Assembly (NCBI GenBank): GCA_049325335.1
Contig: JBMOMC010000001.1
Span: 96,001 to 160,000 of the forward strand
From: Nitrospirota bacterium
Lineage (GTDB): Bacteria; Nitrospirota; Nitrospiria; 2-01-FULL-66-17
Direction of reading: 5' to 3'
Length of the DNA: 64,000 nucleotides
Under the pieces are notes generated by a model. That model saw only the letters and a program-made list of their open reading frames with translations. It had not been told where the DNA came from and made no database searches. Shown here piece after piece: positions 62,649-64,000 of this stretch (the first letter of the stretch is position 1; each line of letters begins with the position of its first letter). The position numbers and the translations under genes are program-made.

Positions 62649-64000
62649 CTACACTTTGAGCAATGGTCCGGCAAATGCAGGAAAATCGTCATTTTTGGGC
62701 AATCTCCCGACCCACTTGGCGAAAAACCCCACGCGGCCCTGCCACCCTTCATCCGGACGAGCCGCCCCGGATGTCTCCTCCCCGAGCCCCGCCGCATCCA
62801 TGACCCGGCCGGCCGCGCTCGCCACGTATCGGACGTCATAACCGTCCTGCTTGGCGGATAAACACATATCGACTTCAACCAGATGATCAGCGATACGCTC
62901 GTCGAATCCGCCCAGCGCGTCATACAGGTGGCGCGGCATGCCCAGAAATCCGCCGCCCACGGCCTCCGGCGAATGATCGGACGCCTCATGCGTGATCCGC
63001 ACCGGCACGTGGTTGAAATCGAACGCTATGCCCAGACAGTACGGCTCGGCATCCGCCCCCCACAACGGAATCCCCACCACGGCCCGACGCGCGGCGTCCG
63101 ACACCCCCACGCTCTCAACGTACTCCACCCCGGGCCGCAGGAAGATCAGGGATTCGCCGGTGGACGCCGCCGCGCCTTGGTTATACAACGCAGCCAGATT
63201 CCGCTCACGCGACTCCACGATCCGCACGTCGCCGGACAATCCCCCGACCACGCCGTGGGCGCTGTCGTGGTGGACGACGACCACCACCTCCCAATCCGGA
63301 TCCGTCACGTGGTCGGACAGCGCGGTCAGGGTCCGCACCAACGCGGATTCATCCGCGCCGCTCGGCACGATGTAACTCACCCGCCCCGTGATCCGGGACG
63401 CGGGCGACGGCGTGGCGCGCGGCGATCGCGCGCGGGATTCGACGATGTGGCGGATAACCTCCGCGCCCCGTTCAACCGACTCCGCGTTGACGCGATAAAA
63501 ATAGCGGCCCAGGAACTGCTCGACGCGCGCGCGCACCTTCTCCGGCACGCCGTCTTTGATGGTCCGATAGAGGGCCTCCCAGTTACCCGGCGGCCACACC
63601 GGCTGCGAGATCCCCCCTTTCGCGTAATGATCGACTTCGCCGTCTCGCCCCGGCAGCGAAAACAGCGGCTTGCCGAACGAGAGGGCTTCGACCGCCAACG
63701 TGGTTTTGCCCAAAGTCACGCAATAGTCGGCAATCGGCAGCAACCGATACGGATCATAATTTTGCACCACCACGCACGAGGGGAAGTGTTCGCGGAACGC
63801 GTCTTCCGTATTCTTCTTATAACTGGGATACGTCACCTTGGGATGCCACTTAAACACCTTCACCACGTCGTCGCCCAAGCCGTTCAAGAACTCCCGCCAA
63901 ATCGACACGTCTTTCACGACGCCCCACTGGAGTCCCACTAAAAACAGCACTACGGGTTTGCCCGGCGGGATGTTCAACTCGCGTTTGGTCTCCGCCACCC
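62649..64000 (-). CDS. multi-domain glycosyltransferase, 5'-truncated by the window (GT-B-like part plus GT2-like domain)
   Basis: KWHP..TLAVEAL.FGKP; VSYIVP..YNQGAAASTGE..GGFDE..EVDMCL. Confidence 0.72.
   Translation of the reverse strand, partial: VAETKRELNIPPGKPVVLFLVGLQWGVVKDVSIWREFLNGLGDDVVKVFKWHPKVTYPSYKKNTEDAFREHFPSCVVVQNYDPYRLLPIADYCVTLGKTTLAVEALSFGKPLFSLPGRDGEVDHYAKGGISQPVWPPGNWEALYRTIKDGVPEKVRARVEQFLGRYFYRVNAESVERGAEVIRHIVESRARSPRATPSPASRITGRVSYIVPSGADESALVRTLTALSDHVTDPDWEVVVVVHHDSAHGVVGGLSGDVRIVESRERNLAALYNQGAAASTGESLIFLRPGVEYVESVGVSDAARRAVVGIPLWGADAEPYCLGIAFDFNHVPVRITHEASDHSPEAVGGGFLGMPRHLYDALGGFDERIADHLVEVDMCLSAKQDGYDVRYVASAAGRVMDAAGLGEETSGAARPDEGWQGRVGFFAKWVGRLPKNDDFPAFAGPLLKV

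Overview
GC-rich bacterial chromosomal window. The gene content suggests a Gram-negative, flagellated, Nitrospirota/Deltaproteobacteria-like organism, but this is inference only. Housekeeping blocks: rplI; uppS-cdsA-dxr-rseP-ispG-proS; HU; rpsF-ssb-rpsR; an RNase HIII; fliC-flaG-fliD-fliS-fliT. They frame a metal-centred region of about 36 kb (13.2-49.1 kb). This region holds three cluster A-I metal-binding proteins, modABC, a CzcCBA-type pump, an AcrAB-type pair, NikR with a candidate operator, two metal-type porins and a Cyc2-like cytochrome-porin fusion. The best candidate for an undescribed system is two converging gene groups (16.0-20.0 kb on +, 45.4-49.1 kb on -). Four unrelated proteins in them share ten copies of a ~45-aa BchB/ChlB C-terminal-like (PCP_red) module: a USP/rubredoxin fusion, an AhbD-like radical SAM/SPASM enzyme, a 4x repeat protein and a Zn-ribbon protein. 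They sit beside a heme-oxygenase-like diiron enzyme, an Mrp ATPase and NikR, and no photosynthesis genes are present. Also notable: an RGPP-ending leader peptide plus hairpin ahead of a metal-uptake operon; three families of palindromic intergenic repeats (one with compensatory base changes, one supplying a gene's start codon); and rplI detached about 52.6 kb from rpsF-ssb-rpsR. I saw no rRNA, tRNA, CRISPR array, transposase or integrase. All product calls come from motif recognition by eye; no database search was run. Many start codons were moved from the ORF track using RBS and motif evidence.
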